DNA of 64,000 bases, taken from the NCBI RefSeq assembly GCF_036365525.1, contig NC_090406.1, positions 11,092,014-11,156,013 on the forward strand, read 5' to 3'. The DNA is from Heterodontus francisci (taxonomy: Eukaryota). Positions 24,003 to 37,152 of this stretch are shown here, piece by piece. The translations under genes were made by a program, and so were the position numbers. The notes beneath the pieces are model-generated. The model was not told the DNA's origin, ran no database searches, and was given only the letters and a program-made list of their open reading frames with translations. The stretch's first letter is position 1; each line of letters opens with the position of its first letter.

Positions 24003-24388
24003 GGGGCTGAATTTTATTAGCACGCTGCAAATCGTGGCAGCGCACTTTAAAGTCGCGGAGCAGCTGCCCCCGATGATGTAGAGGGGGCGGCTGTTCCATC
24101 CCCAGCAATGGTGTCCGACACCGCCGCGTAGGCATCGGCGCCATTTTTAAAGGCCTTCAAGCCCTTCAGTGCCACTTAAATGTTTAAAGAGACAGGTTGT
24201 TACAAAATCAAAATAAACATATATTAACACTTCCAATCCCCTCTCCCACCCCCCGCAATGAACAATCCAATGATTATTCTGTCCTATCCCCCTAGAAAAG
24301 TGAGATTTCACTCACGACCTTTCCCCTCGAACTTTATTCCCTTTGACCCTAAATCCCTTCCCACCATCCCCACAACCAAGCGGAGCGG
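24003..24388. mobile_element. Harbinger-type MITE, one end only
   Basis: Starts GGGGCTGAATTTT; body resembles the reverse complement of the 10800-11109 arm (CCCCAGCAATGG..GGCGCCATTTTTAAAGG). Confidence 0.7.
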
Positions 24389-25978
24389 TTTTCCCTGCTC
24401 CCAGGAGCAAGTATTAGAGAGGAATACCAAGGTGCACAGAACACTGGAGGAGATAGATAGCATGGGAGTAGGGAATAGTACATTATTAGGTGGGGTCAGT
24501 GTATGGGAGAAAGTAATAAAGTCTGAATGAGGGTTAATGCGCAAGTATGTGAATGCACGGAGTGTGGTTAATAAGGCTGGTGAGGTACGGGGCAGATTGC
24601 CATGTGGAAATATGATGATGTGGAAATAACAGAGACCTGGCTCAAGGAAGGGCAGGACTGGGTGTTAAATATTCTGGATACAAAGTGTTCAGGAAAGATA
24701 GGAAAGGGAAAAAGGGGGGAGGGGTGGCAGTATTGATTGAGGAGAGCATTGCAGTGCTGGAGAAAAAGGACGTCCCAGAGGGGTCGAGGACAGAATCAAT
24801 TTGGCTAGAATTAAGGAACAAAAAAGGTGCAGTTACATTGCTCGGTGTTGTCTACAGGCCACCAGCTAGTGGGAAGGACATGGAGGAACAAATTTGCAAG
24901 GAAATTACACAGAGGTGAAAAAGTTATAGGGTAGTTTTAATGGGGGACTTTAATTATCCAAACATAGACTGGGATAATAGTAGTGTAAAGGGTAGTGAGG
25001 GGCAAGAGATCCTAGAGTGTTCAGGAAAATTTTCTGCAACAGTATGTTGTTAGTCCAACAAGAAAGAAGGCACTGCTAGATCTGGTTCTTGGTAATGAGG
25101 TAGGCAAAATGGATCAAGCATCAGTAGGAGAGCATTTAGGGGATAGTGATCATTGTATCATAAGATTTAGGCTGACTATGGAAAAGGAAAAAGAGCAATC
25201 CCGGGTAAGAATAATTAACTGGGGGAAGGCCAACTTCAATGGGGTAAGAATGGAGCTGGGGTGAATAAATTGGAGTCAAAACCTGGCAGGAAAACCAGTA
25301 GATGAACAATGGGCTACCTTCAAAGAAGAGGTAGTTTGGGCCCAGTCAAGGTATGTTCCCTCGAAGGGGAAAGGTAGGGCAAACAAATCCAGAGCTCCCT
25401 AGATGACAAAAGAGGTAGAAATTAAGATAAAGAAGAAAAAATGTGCTTATGACAGATGCCAGGTAGAAAATACTATTGAGAACCAGGCTGAATATAGAAG
25501 ATCCAAAGGGGAAGTGAAAAAGCAAATAAGAGAAGCAAAGAGAGAGCATGAAAAAAAAAAACTGGCAGCTAGCATTAAAGGAAATCCCAAAGTTTTCTAC
25601 AGGCATATAAATAGTAAAAGGGTGGTAAAGGAGGAGTGGGGCTAATTAGGGACCAGAAAGGGAATTTACACATGGAGGCATTGAGCATAGCTCGAAATAT
25701 TTAATTAATATTTTGCATCTGTCTTTACCAAGGAAGAAGATGAAACCTGGGCAATGTTGAAAGAGGAGGTAAGTCAGACATTAGAGGGGTTTAAAATTGA
25801 TAAAGAGGAGGTATTAGGTAGACTGTCAGTACTTAAAGTGGATAAAGCACCAGGACCAGATGAGATGCATCCAACAATACTGAGGGAAGTGAGGGTGGAA
25901 ACCGCAGAGGCACTAGTCATAATTTTTCAATCTTCCTTAGACTCGGGGCTGGTGCCAGAGGACTGGAGAATTGCAAAT

Positions 25979-26293
25979 TTTATTTTTTTTATTTAGAGAT
26001 ACAGCACTGAAACAGGCCCTTCGGCCCACCGAGTCTGTGCCGACCAAGAACCACCCATTTATACTAACCCTACAGTAATCCCATATTCCCTACCACCTAC
26101 CTACACTAGGGGCAATTTACAATGGCCAATTTACCTATCACCTGCAAGTCTTTGGCAGTGGGAGGAAACCGGAGCACCCAACGAAAACCCACGCAGTCAC
26201 AGGGAGAACTTGCAAACTCCACACAGGCAGTACCCAGAATTGAACCCAGGCCCCTGGAGCTGTGAAGCTGTGGTGCTAACCACTGTGCCACCC
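25979..26293 (-). mobile_element. V-SINE inserted in CR1
   Basis: Reverse complement of the 19237 family; splits the CR1 motif DWRIAN|VT. Confidence 0.9.
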
Positions 26294-26826
26294 AATGTTA
26301 CACTCGTGTTCAAAAAAGGGTGTAAAGATAAGCCCAGCAACTACAGGCCGGTCAGTTTAACTTTGGTGGTGGGAAAACTTCCAGAAAAAATAATTCGAGA
26401 CAAAATCAATAGTCACATGGACAAATGCGAGTTAATTAAGGAAAGCCAGCATGGATTTCTTAAGGGAAAATCATGCTTAACTAACTCACTGAAGTTTTTT
26501 GAGGAAGTAACAGAGAGGGTTGATGAGGGCAATGTTGTTGATGTGGTGTACATGGACTTTCAAAAGACGTTTGATACAGTGCCACACAACAGGCTTGTGA
26601 GCAAACTTGTAGCTCATGGAATAAAATGGATGGTAGAAACATGGATGTAGAATTGGCTGAGTGACAGGAAACAAAGAGTGGTGGTTAATGGATGATTTTC
26701 GGGCTGGAGGAAGGTTTGTAGTGGAGTTCCCCAGGGATCTGTGTTGGGACCCTTGCATTTCATGATGTATATTAATGACCTAGACCTTGGTGTACAGGGC
26801 ACAATTTCAAAGCTTGTAGATGATAC

Positions 26827-28040
26827 TTAGTAGCTTTGGTGGACATCCGATCTTTTGAAAGGCACAATTCAACATGGTGGCTCCTCATCAGAGCCCTTTC
26901 CTATTTCACATGCGTTCAAATCCTCTGAAGAAGGAATTTTCCTCCACACAAGATCAGGGGGCAGGTTGTTCAACCTTGCCCGTCTAAGAGCGAAGTCCAA
27001 AGTACGGAAAGTCCTCATCAGAGAACTCCTCTTTGCTGACGATGCTGCTTTAACATCTCACACTGAAGAATGCCTGCAGAGTCTCATCGACAGGTTTGCG
27101 TCTGCCTGCAATGAATTTGGCCTAACCATCAGCCTCAAGAAAACGAACATCATGGGGCAGGATGTCAGAAATGCTCCATCCATCAATATTGGCGACCACG
27201 CTCTGGAAGTGGTTCAAGAGTTCACCTACCTAGGCTCAACTATCACCAGTAACCTGTCTCTAGATGCAGAAATCAACAAGCGCATGGGTAAGGCTTCCAC
27301 TGCTATGTTCAGACTGGCCAAGAGAGTGTGGGAAAATGGCGCACTGACACGGAACACAAAAGTCCGAGTGTATCAGGCCTGTGTCCTCAGTACCTTGCTC
27401 TACGGCAGCGAGGCCTGGACAACGTATGCCAGCCAAGAGCGACGTCTCAATTCATTCCATCTTCGCTGCCTTCGGAGAATACTTGGCATCAGGTGGCAGG
27501 ACTATATCTCCAACACAGAAGTCCTTGAAGCGGCCAACATCCCCAGCTTATACACACTACTGAGTCAGCGGCGCTTGAGATGGCTTGGCCATGTGAGCCG
27601 CATGGAAGATGGCAGGATCCCCAAAGACACATTGTACAGCGAGCTCGCCACTGGTATCAGACCCACCGGCCGTCCATGTCTCCGTTATAAAGACGTCTGC
27701 AAACGCGACATGAAATCGTGTGACATTGATCACAAGTCGTGGGAGTCAGTTGCCAGCATTCGCCAGAGCTGGCGGGCAGCCATAAAGACAGGGCTAAATT
27801 GTGGCGAGTCGAAGAGACTTAGTAGTTGGCAGGAAAAAAGACAGAGGCGCAAGGGGAGAGCCAACTGTGCAACAGCCCCAACAAACAAATTTCTCTGCAG
27901 CACCTGTGGAAGAGCCTGTCACTCCAGAATTGGCCTTTATAGCCACTCCAGGCGCTGCTTCACAAACCACTGACCACCTCCAGGCGCGTATCCATTGTCT
28001 CTCGAGATAAGGAGGCCCAAAAGAAAGGAAAAAGAAAGAA
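26827..28040 (+). mobile_element. RTE-clade LINE, 5'-truncated with a short 5' inversion
   Basis: 372-aa ORF with ELLFADDAAL, GLTISLKKT, FTYLGS, LLYGSEAW, RLRWLGHV, GRPCLRYKD and a C-terminal CxxC..H..C finger; GAA-rich tail; TSD AGATGATAC (26818-26826, 28041-28049). Confidence 0.95.
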
Positions 28041-28693
28041 AGATGATACGAAATTGGGAAGTATTGTGAACTGTGAGGAGGATAGTGTAGAACTTCAAAA
28101 GGACATAGACAAGTTGGTGGATTAGGCAGACAGGTGGTAGATAAAGTTCAATGCAGAAAAATGTGAAATGATTCATTTTGGTAGGAAGAATATGGAGAGA
28201 CAATATAGAATAAAGGGTATGTTTCTGAAGAGGATGCAGGAGCAGAGGGACCTAGGTGTTTATATGCATAAGTCGTTGAAGGTGGCAGGGCAGGTTGAGA
28301 GAGCGGTTAATAAAGCATGAAGTATCCTGGGCTTTATTAATAGGGGCATAAAGTACAAGAGCAAAGCAGTTATGTTGAACTTGTATAAGACACTAGTTTG
28401 GCCTCAGCTGGAGTATTGCATCCAGTTATGGGTGCCGCACTTGAGGAAAGAGGTGAGGGCATTGGAGAGAGTACAGAAAAGATTCAGGAGAATGGTTCCA
28501 AGGATGAGGAATTTCAGTCGTGAAGATTCCGTGAAGGGTTGGAGAAGTTAGGACTGTTTTCCTTGGAGAAGAGAAGGCTGAGAGGTGATTCGGTCGAGGT
28601 ATTCAAAATCAAGAGAGGTCTGGACAGAGTAGATAGAGAGAAACTGTTCCCACTCGTGAAAGGATCAAGAATGGGAGGGCACAGATTTAAAGT

Positions 28694-28785
28694 AATATAA
28701 ACAAAAAGTGCTGGAAAATACTCAGCAAGTCTGTCAGCATCTGTGGAGAGAGAAGTAAAGATAACATTTCAGGTCAGAGACCCTT
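28694..28785 (-). mobile_element. Penelope-like terminal fragment inside CR1
   Basis: GCTGGAAAATACTCAGC..CAGCATCTGTGGAGAGAG..TTTCAGGTC; 14-bp TSD CACAGATTTAAAGT (28680-28693, 28786-28799). Confidence 0.8.
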
Positions 28786-29394
28786 CACAGATTTAAAGTG
28801 TTTGGTAAGAGAAGTAAAACTGACATAAGGAAAAACTTCTTCACACAGCAAGTGGTTAAGGTCTGGAATGCGCTGCCTGAGAACATGGTGGAGGGAGGGT
28901 CAATTGAAGCATTCAAAAGGGAATTTGACTGTTATATAAAAAGGAATAATGTACAGGGTTATGGGGAGAAGGCAGGGGAATGGATCAGAGTGAATTGCTC
29001 TTTCAGAGAGCCGGTGCAGACATGATGGGTTGAATGGCCTCCTTCTTCACTGTAACAATTCTGTGATTCTGTGAAATCTACACTCCCTCCAAAGCCATAT
29101 ACCCTTCCTAAAGTGTGGTACCCCGAGCTACTCACAATACTTCAGGTGTAGTCTAACCAGAGCTTTGTACTGCTCCAGTATGACTTTTACCCCCTTGTAT
29201 TCCAGTCTTCTAGATATAATTATAGGCCAGCGTTCCATTAGCCTGTTGTGTTACTCTTACTTATTACAGTCCAATGACATTGACCCTGGATTAAATTATA
29301 TACATCTCTTCATGTAACTGCTCTTGTCTGACACTCTAATTATCTTTCCAATCCTTCCTCTTTTCGTCACTGGTTTTCCACCTTTCCTCTCGAC

Positions 29395-29572
29395 TTTTCC
29401 ACCTTGCTTTTCTCCTTTAGGAAGCTCCTAAAAACCTACCTTTTTGACCAAGCTTTTGCCATCTGCCCTAATGTGTGCCTTATGTGGCTCAGTGTCAACT
29501 TTTATTTCTAGAGCTCCTATGGAACGTTTTACTACATTAAAGACACTATATAAATTTAAGTTGTTGTTGTTG
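29395..29572 (+). mobile_element. L2 3' end
   Basis: CCTAAAAACCTACCTTTTTGACCAAGCTTTTG..CTATATAAATTTAAG(TTG)n. Confidence 0.75.
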
Positions 29573-31968
29573 ACTCTGATGAATTCCTGTTGTTGCCTCT
29601 GTTCAAAACTTGAATCCAAAGCAGTCTGCGATGTGCCATTTGAGTCTGGTCAGGTGGTTCAACGTTGATCAAACAGGAAGTCAGTTTGTTCACGACTGCT
29701 TATGAGAGCAAAATAAAGTTGTGTGCATTGGAAGAAATGTCAATATGAGTGTTTAGTCCCATCAGTTTCTCATCACTATGGGGCTTGGTTGAGCAGACAT
29801 GTTTATGGGTAAAGTCACAGCACTGAATATAGATGGTTTCTTCTTGCAGGAGTTGTGGTCTGATCAGCAAGGAGAAGGGGTTTGATTCCGAGCCCGGTGC
29901 TATGCTCTTGGTGTTTTATTCTTAGCAGAAGAATATTGATTCAATGGGACTGCAGGGAAACTCATGCCAGCTTAGAGAATTGGGATCAGTATCTCAAAGT
30001 CCACTTCACCATTACAGCAATATTAAAAGCTTAGCAGCAGAACGGGAAGCAAGAATTGAACTCAGTTCAACCCTCAAACATGAACTCACATTTATCTAGT
30101 GGCTTTAATGTAAAGAACACTCCAAGGTGCTTCTCACTGTTGAGTGAGTTTCTCTGCTTCACTCCCAATTGCATTGCCATCGTGTACATAATGGAAAAAC
30201 ATTATTCATCAAATGACTGAGAGCAATGTCATGGCAATTTATTAATTGTCAACACACTGAAACCCATTAACAATGTTGGGAGTCTCGCGACTGAAAAGAA
30301 AACATAAGCAACCCTTTCACATCTTATTCTATTCTGTTAGATTTTAAATAACATGCTGTCATTAGAAGCTGTATATGAAGGAGACATGCATTAAACCATG
30401 GACAAACACTTCCAAAAATACTGATGATGCTAAACAGGGTTAATTAACTAAGAATGGATAAGCAAGGACAACATTGAACAAAATAAGACCCTGAAATTTC
30501 TGAATTGGGAAAGGGCGAAAGTCCCATTTCTGCCCTGGGGAGGCCCAGAATATGGCTCTGATGGAATTCATCCCATTTAGACAGGATCATTTAATTCAAG
30601 TGGAGCTCTAGGCAATCTTCCTCCTATGCCCCCTACATCAAGGGGATATATCAGGGGGAGTTTCACTTACACAATTGAAAGGCCTCTCACCCTAGTTGAG
30701 ACCTGACACGAGTCCCTTCTGAGGCCTTCTATGCCCCCAACCCCTTACTTAATCCAGAGGGGCTTAATTACTTTTTCTCGTGGCATGGTGGCTTCTGTAA
30801 CAACAAAAGACTAAAGAAAATGTTGCTCGTTACTCAGCCCATTTCAGCGTCGGGGGTGCGAGGGATGGGCATGGTGGGGTTGCCAATATTCCTGGAGGTT
30901 CCATTCCATGGCTCCCTGCCTCCAGTTTCCTCAACCAGCCGACTGCCTTTTTCTTTTTAACCCATCTCCAAGATTTTTATAACTAATAAATGCCATATGA
31001 TTATTCTCCCAGGTTTTCTCACTGCAGTGTCCAGGAGAATAATCTTCAATTCCTGGATACTTCAGGCACTTCTGGAGGGTTGAGTGGGGGTGGAATTCAG
31101 GTGGAGGGCCAAGGATTGGGTATAGCTGGACCGCATTGGGCAGGGGCAGGCACAGACACCAGGTCTTGCCTATGCCCATTATCCCCCTATGGATGTGAGA
31201 TGGCATCGTCAGCCATGGGCACAGTAGAGATTCTGCTCTGCCACACCTACTCTGGCAGTGTGAGACTCCAGAGAATTCCAGGCCATGGCATCAGGACAAA
31301 AAGTGACATTAACCCATTGCTATCTGAGATTGGGGAATTGTGACTTGTTTGGTTTTCAAAAAGGAAATAGTCACCCAGGCTGCTGCAGAGCTGCACACAC
31401 AGTCCATTAGAATCCTTCGTCAAAGGAAGCTCAAAGCTGAGTACAAAAGAACAATATTCTGCTGCATTTTCAGTAAACTAAAATCTTGGCAGAATTAAGG
31501 TGGCTAGGCCAGAGGACAAGAGGTTTAGGGTTATGAATGGCATGTTTATGACAGATATCTTCATATCGAGAGTGTTCAACCCAGGAATAGGTTGCCAGAA
31601 GAGTGTTGGAGGGCTGGGCACTCGATTCATTGAACTGTAGTTTATGGTTGGAAAGTCTGCAAGAAATTTGCGAAATTTGTGAGTGGAAGCTTCAATGGCA
31701 GAGAATAGGGAGATGGAGCCAGAGACAGGCAATGTTTTGCGGGGTAAATGATGATGGACTAGATCTGGGGACTTGGATGAGTGTGGGTCAAGCAGTATAG
31801 GATCTGCACTTTGTAGCTGGGTCAGATAATTGAGTTGGAGTGAACAGTGAGTAGTTGACTTTAGGATGGCATCAATTTTGCTGACATTTATATTATCCAG
31901 GCCCTAATGTTGGGCAGGTAACTGGAGAGAGAGGTGACAATCTTATAATGATAACCTTATAACAACCT

Positions 31969-32430
31969 GTGTGTCAGCTATGGCTCAGTTGGTAGCACTC
32001 TCGCCTCTGAGACTCTGAGTTCAAGTCGCAATCTGGGACTTAAGCACAGAAATCAAGGCTGACACTCCAATGTGGTACTGAGGGGTGTGCTGCAGTGTCA
32101 GAAGTGCTGTCTTTCAGATGAGATGTTGAACTGAGTCCCCATCTGCCTGCTCAGGTGGGAGTAAAAGATCCCATGGAAGTATTTTGAAGAAGAACAGGGG
32201 AGTGATCCCAGGTGTCCTGACCAATATTTATCTCTCAATCAACATCGCAAAAACAGATTATCTGGTTATTATCACATTGCTGTTTGAGGGAGCTTGCTGA
32301 GTGCAAATTGGCTGCTGCAGTACAACAGTGACTACACTTTAAAAGTACTTAGTTAGCTGAAAAACACTTTGAGGTGTCCAGTCGTTACGAAAAGTGATAT
32401 ATAAATGCAAATCTTTCTTTCCTTTTTTCC
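31969..32430 (+). mobile_element. DeuSINE (SacSINE1-like), full length
   Basis: TGGCTCAGTTGGTAGCACTCTCGCC (A box), GTTCAAGTC (B box), Deu core and ATATAAATGCAA tail. Confidence 0.9.
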
Positions 32431-33127
32431 TTATAAGGATGATGAAGGAGACAAGCAGGTATTCCATATCCAACAGTGGAAACTCAGCTTGTGCTCTGGG
32501 GCTCAGGCCTCACATCGCTTGAGGTTTTAGTTCTTCTCTAAGTTGAAGCAGCTCCTTCATCAGAGCTAACGTCAGATGAACTTGGGTGTGGAGTGTTAGT
32601 GTTACTCAGCTTCAACTCTTCTCTTCCTGGGCTCCTGACCTGTTCCTCTCTCTCCACTGCTTGGCCTTATTTTCTCGGGCTTTGTACTTTGCTTTCTCTA
32701 TAATTTCATATCTTTTAATTTTTTCTCTGAATTCCCCCTGTGTTACCTCACCAAAGACTTAACTAAAGTCCAGGTGCACTACATCCATTGCATCTACCAT
32801 GTCTGTTACCTACTCAAAGAATTATATAAGGTATGTCAATCACCATCATCTCTTTTAAGATCTTTGGTGGCTACTTTTAACTATTTTCTCGTTACTCTAA
32901 TCAAAAACTCTAAGATTTTTCCTACCGGAGATGCTAAGTTAACCAGTATGTAATTAACCTTCTCTGTAAAAACTCAGAGCTTATGCTCATTAACTCATGA
33001 TTACTTCACATTTTGGATTAATTTTTGATGCTCCTCTTGGCAACACGACTAGAAAATATACATAAAAACTTGCTTCACCCAAAAGAAATGGACATCTGGG
33101 TAAAAAGCCAGCTTTTAATGGATTTCA

Positions 33128-33600
33128 AGAACATAAAAGCTTAAGAAATAGGAGCAGGAGTAGGCCACACGGTCCCTTGACCCTACTCCACCATTCAATA
33201 AGATCACAGCTGATCTTCTACATCAATCCCATTTTCTCGCCCTAACTCCATGTGCCTTGATGCCCTTAGTGCCCAAAAATCTATCAATCTCAGTGTTGAA
33301 TATCCTCGATGACTGAGCACCCAGAACCCTCTGGGGTAGGGAATTCCAAAGATTCATGCAGAAATTCCTCCTCATCTCAGTCCTAAATAGTCGAACCCTT
33401 ATCCTGAGATGATGACCCCTGGTTCTAGACTCTCCAGCCAGGGGGAAACAGCCTCTCAGCATCTACCCTGTCAAGCCCTCAAAGAATCTTATACATTTCA
33501 ATGGAGATCATCTCCCATTATTCTAAATGTTAGAGAGTATAGCCCTATTCTACTCAATCTCTCCTCCTAGGACAGCCTTCTCATCCCAGGAATCAATCTA
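33128..33600 (-). mobile_element. CR1 3' end
   Basis: ORF FPLAGESRTRGHHLRIR..EMRRNF..WNSLPQR; AAGAACATAA tail. Confidence 0.85.
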
Positions 33601-34434
33601 TTCATAGATTTCATTTCATAAAATGTTGCTTAGATTTTACATTACCTTCAACTTCTGTCAAGGAACATCGTCATTATCGCTGAACATCCTCAGCTGAAGC
33701 ATTTATTTCTTCTGCTAACACTTCATCTCGTGCAGGCATCTTCAGAGAAATTGCTAATTCCTCCGAGAGTTATAATTAGATCATCTACCAAATTAGCCCA
33801 ATGCGAAAATACTACAATTCGTATTAAATAACCGAACAGGACAGAAAAAAAACAACTGCAAATACTTTCCTGTCAGGACCCTTCAGAAAAGAAACACTTC
33901 TGCCTCACTCATGCAATGAGACGAAGGTCAGAACATTTCTACCATTCCGACCATGGTACAGAGAAGAAGAGAAAAGCTTGTTTAACAAAAAGAACTGAAC
34001 AAATATCGGGTAGCACACTGTTGCTTAACCCTTGCATTCCTTTATTATTGTTATACCTCTGGATTGAGCTCAAAAAGCTTTGCTTCATGCAAAGACTGAT
34101 CAGTGGATGGGATACATGGCATTGAAAATGCTGGGAAGACAAGAAATATCTGGGTGCTGCGTTGGGAACATGATTATCATTTTTTGGATGAATGAGCTAT
34201 GTTGAGTTGAATTGGGAAACTCATCTCTATGTGCCTTGTAATTTCATGTTAATCTCACCAAGCTCACATTTGTACAACCATCCTTCATCAATCTCAAACT
34301 GATAATTCCACAGTGAGCAGTGACTGATGGAAGACACAAATGAAATAGTTTCCATAGACAGTTCCCTCCACTTAATGGGTTTCTAGAAATGAAAAAGAAA
34401 AGACTTGCATTCATATAGCACCTTTCATGACTTC

Positions 34435-35119
34435 TTCTTTCTTTTTTTTCTTCTTTTGGGCCTCCTTATCTCGAGAGACAATGGATACGCGCCTGGAGGT
34501 GGTCAGTGGTTTGTGAAGCAGCGCCTGGAGTGGCTATAAAGGCCAATTCTGGAGTAACAGGCTCTTCCACAGGTGCTGCAGAGAAATTTGTTTGTTGGGG
34601 CTGTTGCACAGTTGGCTCTCCCCTTGCGCCTCTGTCTTTTTTCCTGCCAACTACTAAGTCTCTTCGACTCGCCACAATTTAGCCCTGTCTTTATGGCTGC
34701 CCGCCAGCTCTGGCGAATGCTGGCAACTGACTCCCACGACTTGTGATCAATGTCACACGATTTCATGTCGCGTTTGCAGACGTCTTTATAACGGAGACAT
34801 GGACGGCCGGTGGGTCTGATACCAGTGGCGAGCTCGCTGTACAATGTGTCTTTGGGGATCCTGCCATCTTCCATGCGGCTCACATGGCCAAGCCATCTCA
34901 AGCGCCGCTGACTCAGTAGTGTGTATAAGCTGGGGATGTTGGCCGCTTCAAGGACTTCTGTGTTGGAGATATAGTCCTGCCACCTGATGCCAAGTATTCT
35001 CCGAAGGCAGCGAAGATGGAATGAATTGAGACGTCGCTCTTGGCTGGCATACGTTGTCCAGGCCTCGCTGCCGTAGAGCAAGGTGCTGAGGACACAGGCC
35101 TGATACACTCGGACTTTTG
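34435..35119 (-). mobile_element. RTE-clade LINE, young 5'-truncated copy
   Basis: 201-aa ORF identical to the 26855 ORF C-terminus except one H/Y change; 21-bp TSD TATAGCACCTTTCATGACTTC (34414-34434, 35120-35140). Confidence 0.95.
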
Positions 35120-35327
35120 TATAGCACCTTTCATGACTTCAGGTTGTCTTAAAGTGATTTACAGCCCATTAAGTACATTTTTGAAGTATAGCCACTGTTG
35201 TAATGTAGGAAACACAGCAGCTAATCAGGCTCCCACAAACAGCAATGTGATAATGACTAGATCATCTGTTTTTGTGATATTGTTTAAGAGATAAATAATG
35301 GACAGGAATAACTCCTCTGCTCTACTT

Positions 35328-35680
35328 CACAGTGGCGCAGTGGTTAGCACCGCAGCCTCACAGCTCCAGAGACCCGGGTTCGATTCCGGGTACTGCCTGT
35401 GTGGAGTTTGCAAGTTCTCCCTGTGTCTGCATGGGTTTTCTCCGGGTGCTCCGGTTTCCTCCCACAAGCCAAAAGACTTGCAGGTTGATAGGTAAATTGG
35501 CCATTATAAATTGTCACTCGTATAGGTAGGTGGTAGGGAAATATAGGGACAGGTGGGGATGTTTGGTAGGAATATGGAATTAGTGTAGGATTAGTATAAA
35601 TGGGTGGTTGACGTTCGGCACAGACTCGGTGGGCCGAAGGGCCTGTTTCAGTGCTGTATCTCTAATCTAATCTAATCTAA
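35328..35680 (+). mobile_element. V-SINE with (CTAAT)n tail
   Basis: V domain; shares diagnostic CCCACAAGCC, AAATTGTCACT and GATGTTTGG with the copy at 59743. Confidence 0.9.
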
Positions 35681-36319
35681 ACATCATTGGATCTTTAATA
35701 TCTGCCTGAGAAGGCAGGCAGGACCTCAGTTTGACATCTCACCTGAACAGTGGCACTTCTGACAAAACAGCACTCCCCTCAGTACCGTACTGAGTATCAG
35801 TAGATTTTTGTGCTCAAGCTCTAGAGTGGGACTTGAACTTATAATCTTCCAACCCAGAAACAAGAGTGCTACCAACGAAGCCCCAACTAAAGCAAGCTCT
35901 CGCGTGAAGCTAAGTCAAGGAAGACCTTCAGAGAAAGAGCATTCATAACTGATCTTTTTTATAAATCCTGTAACCAAAGTTATTGGCCAACTGTTGAAAG
36001 AGTGGAACCTGCTAGTGGCTCAGTTGGTAAAGGCACTGTGTCCTGAACTGTACAACCAGGAAGATTCCATATTCAATTCTCTTAAAAACATTATATTTGT
36101 CCTCAATCCCCTTGCACTAAAGAGGGAAAAATCAGCCAAGGTTCCCCTTCATGACTGCTAACAAGTCACTCCTATTGGAAACTGTGATTGTGTGCATATT
36201 GAGGGAGGCAAGATTGCACTTGACTGTGATGGTCCTAGTTACATGCATCTAGCAATCCCCATCTGCTCCTACCCTGCCTAGCACAGCTAAATATCCAGCA
36301 CTACATATAATTATATACA

Positions 36320-36915
36320 ATATATAACACAGAAACAGCCCATTCAATCCAACTGATCCATGCCAGTGTTTATGCTCCACACAAGCTTCCTCCCACCCCT
36401 CTTCAACTAACCCTATCAGTATATCTTTCTATTCCTTTCTATCTCATGTGTTTATCGCGCTTCTTCTTCAATACATCTATGCAATTTGTGTATCTGGTAT
36501 CAAGCTCTCCATTCATACAGTCATTATGGCATAGAAGGAGGCCATTCAGCTCATCAAGTCCATGCCAGCTCTCTGTAGAGCCATCCAGACAGTCCCATTC
36601 CCCTGCTTTATCCCTGTAGCCCTGCAAGATTATTTCCCTCAAGTGCATATCCAATTTCCTTTTGAAATCAGTGATTGTCTCTGCTCCCAATACCCTTGTA
36701 GGCACTACTCTCTGAGTAAAGAGGTTTCTCTTGAATCCCTATTGGATTTATTAGGGACTATCCTTTATTTATGGCTACCTAGTTTTGGTCTGAATTCCAC
36801 ATGTGGAAACATCTTCTTTCCCTTGACTCTATCAATCCTTTTTATAATCTTCCATCAAAGCAACTGTCACCCTTTTCTGGAGAAAAGAGCTCCAGCCTGT
36901 TCAGTCTTTCCTTTT
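36320..36915 (-). mobile_element. Two nested CR1 3' fragments
   Basis: Inner copy at about 36512-36705 (PTRVLGAETITDFKRKLD) lies within an older copy of the 21355 type. Confidence 0.7.
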
Positions 36916-37152
36916 TAATAGTCTGCGCTCATACAAGGAGAGTAACCATGTAGGTGCAGTACTGGAAGGCCTACAAGCCTTACTGACTCAGTAAAAGCCA
37001 GCAACTTTCAGGAGAGGGTAAAAAAATAGGAATGAGCTGGTAAATGAGGATATCAATGTTTCTGGCAGTCAATGAGTTAACTACATAGATTTCCGTTCAG
37101 CTGCCAGACAACATTCCTTGCTGCTCCTCTGTGCCAATATTTCATCTTGATA

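Larger units (their letters stand above)
24389..29073 (+). mobile_element. CR1 LINE with nearly complete, disrupted ORF2
   Basis: APE endonuclease start YVNARSVVNK..ITETWL..VFRKDR..GGGVAVLI; KAPGPDEMHP; NYRPVSLT..QHGF..SCLTN..VYMDFQK.FD.VPH; [10 protein letters not shown]; (ATTCTGTG)n tail. Many stops and frameshifts, three internal insertions. Confidence 0.95.
34395..35885 (-). mobile_element. DeuSINE split by an RTE and a V-SINE
   Basis: Collinear pieces at 34395-34434, 35120-35327 and 35681-35885. Confidence 0.8.

Noticed and set aside
26855-27973. 372-aa ORF as a functional or domesticated gene
   Set aside because: 5'-truncated RTE with a TTG start created at the inversion junction; lacks the endonuclease and the RT QG motif.
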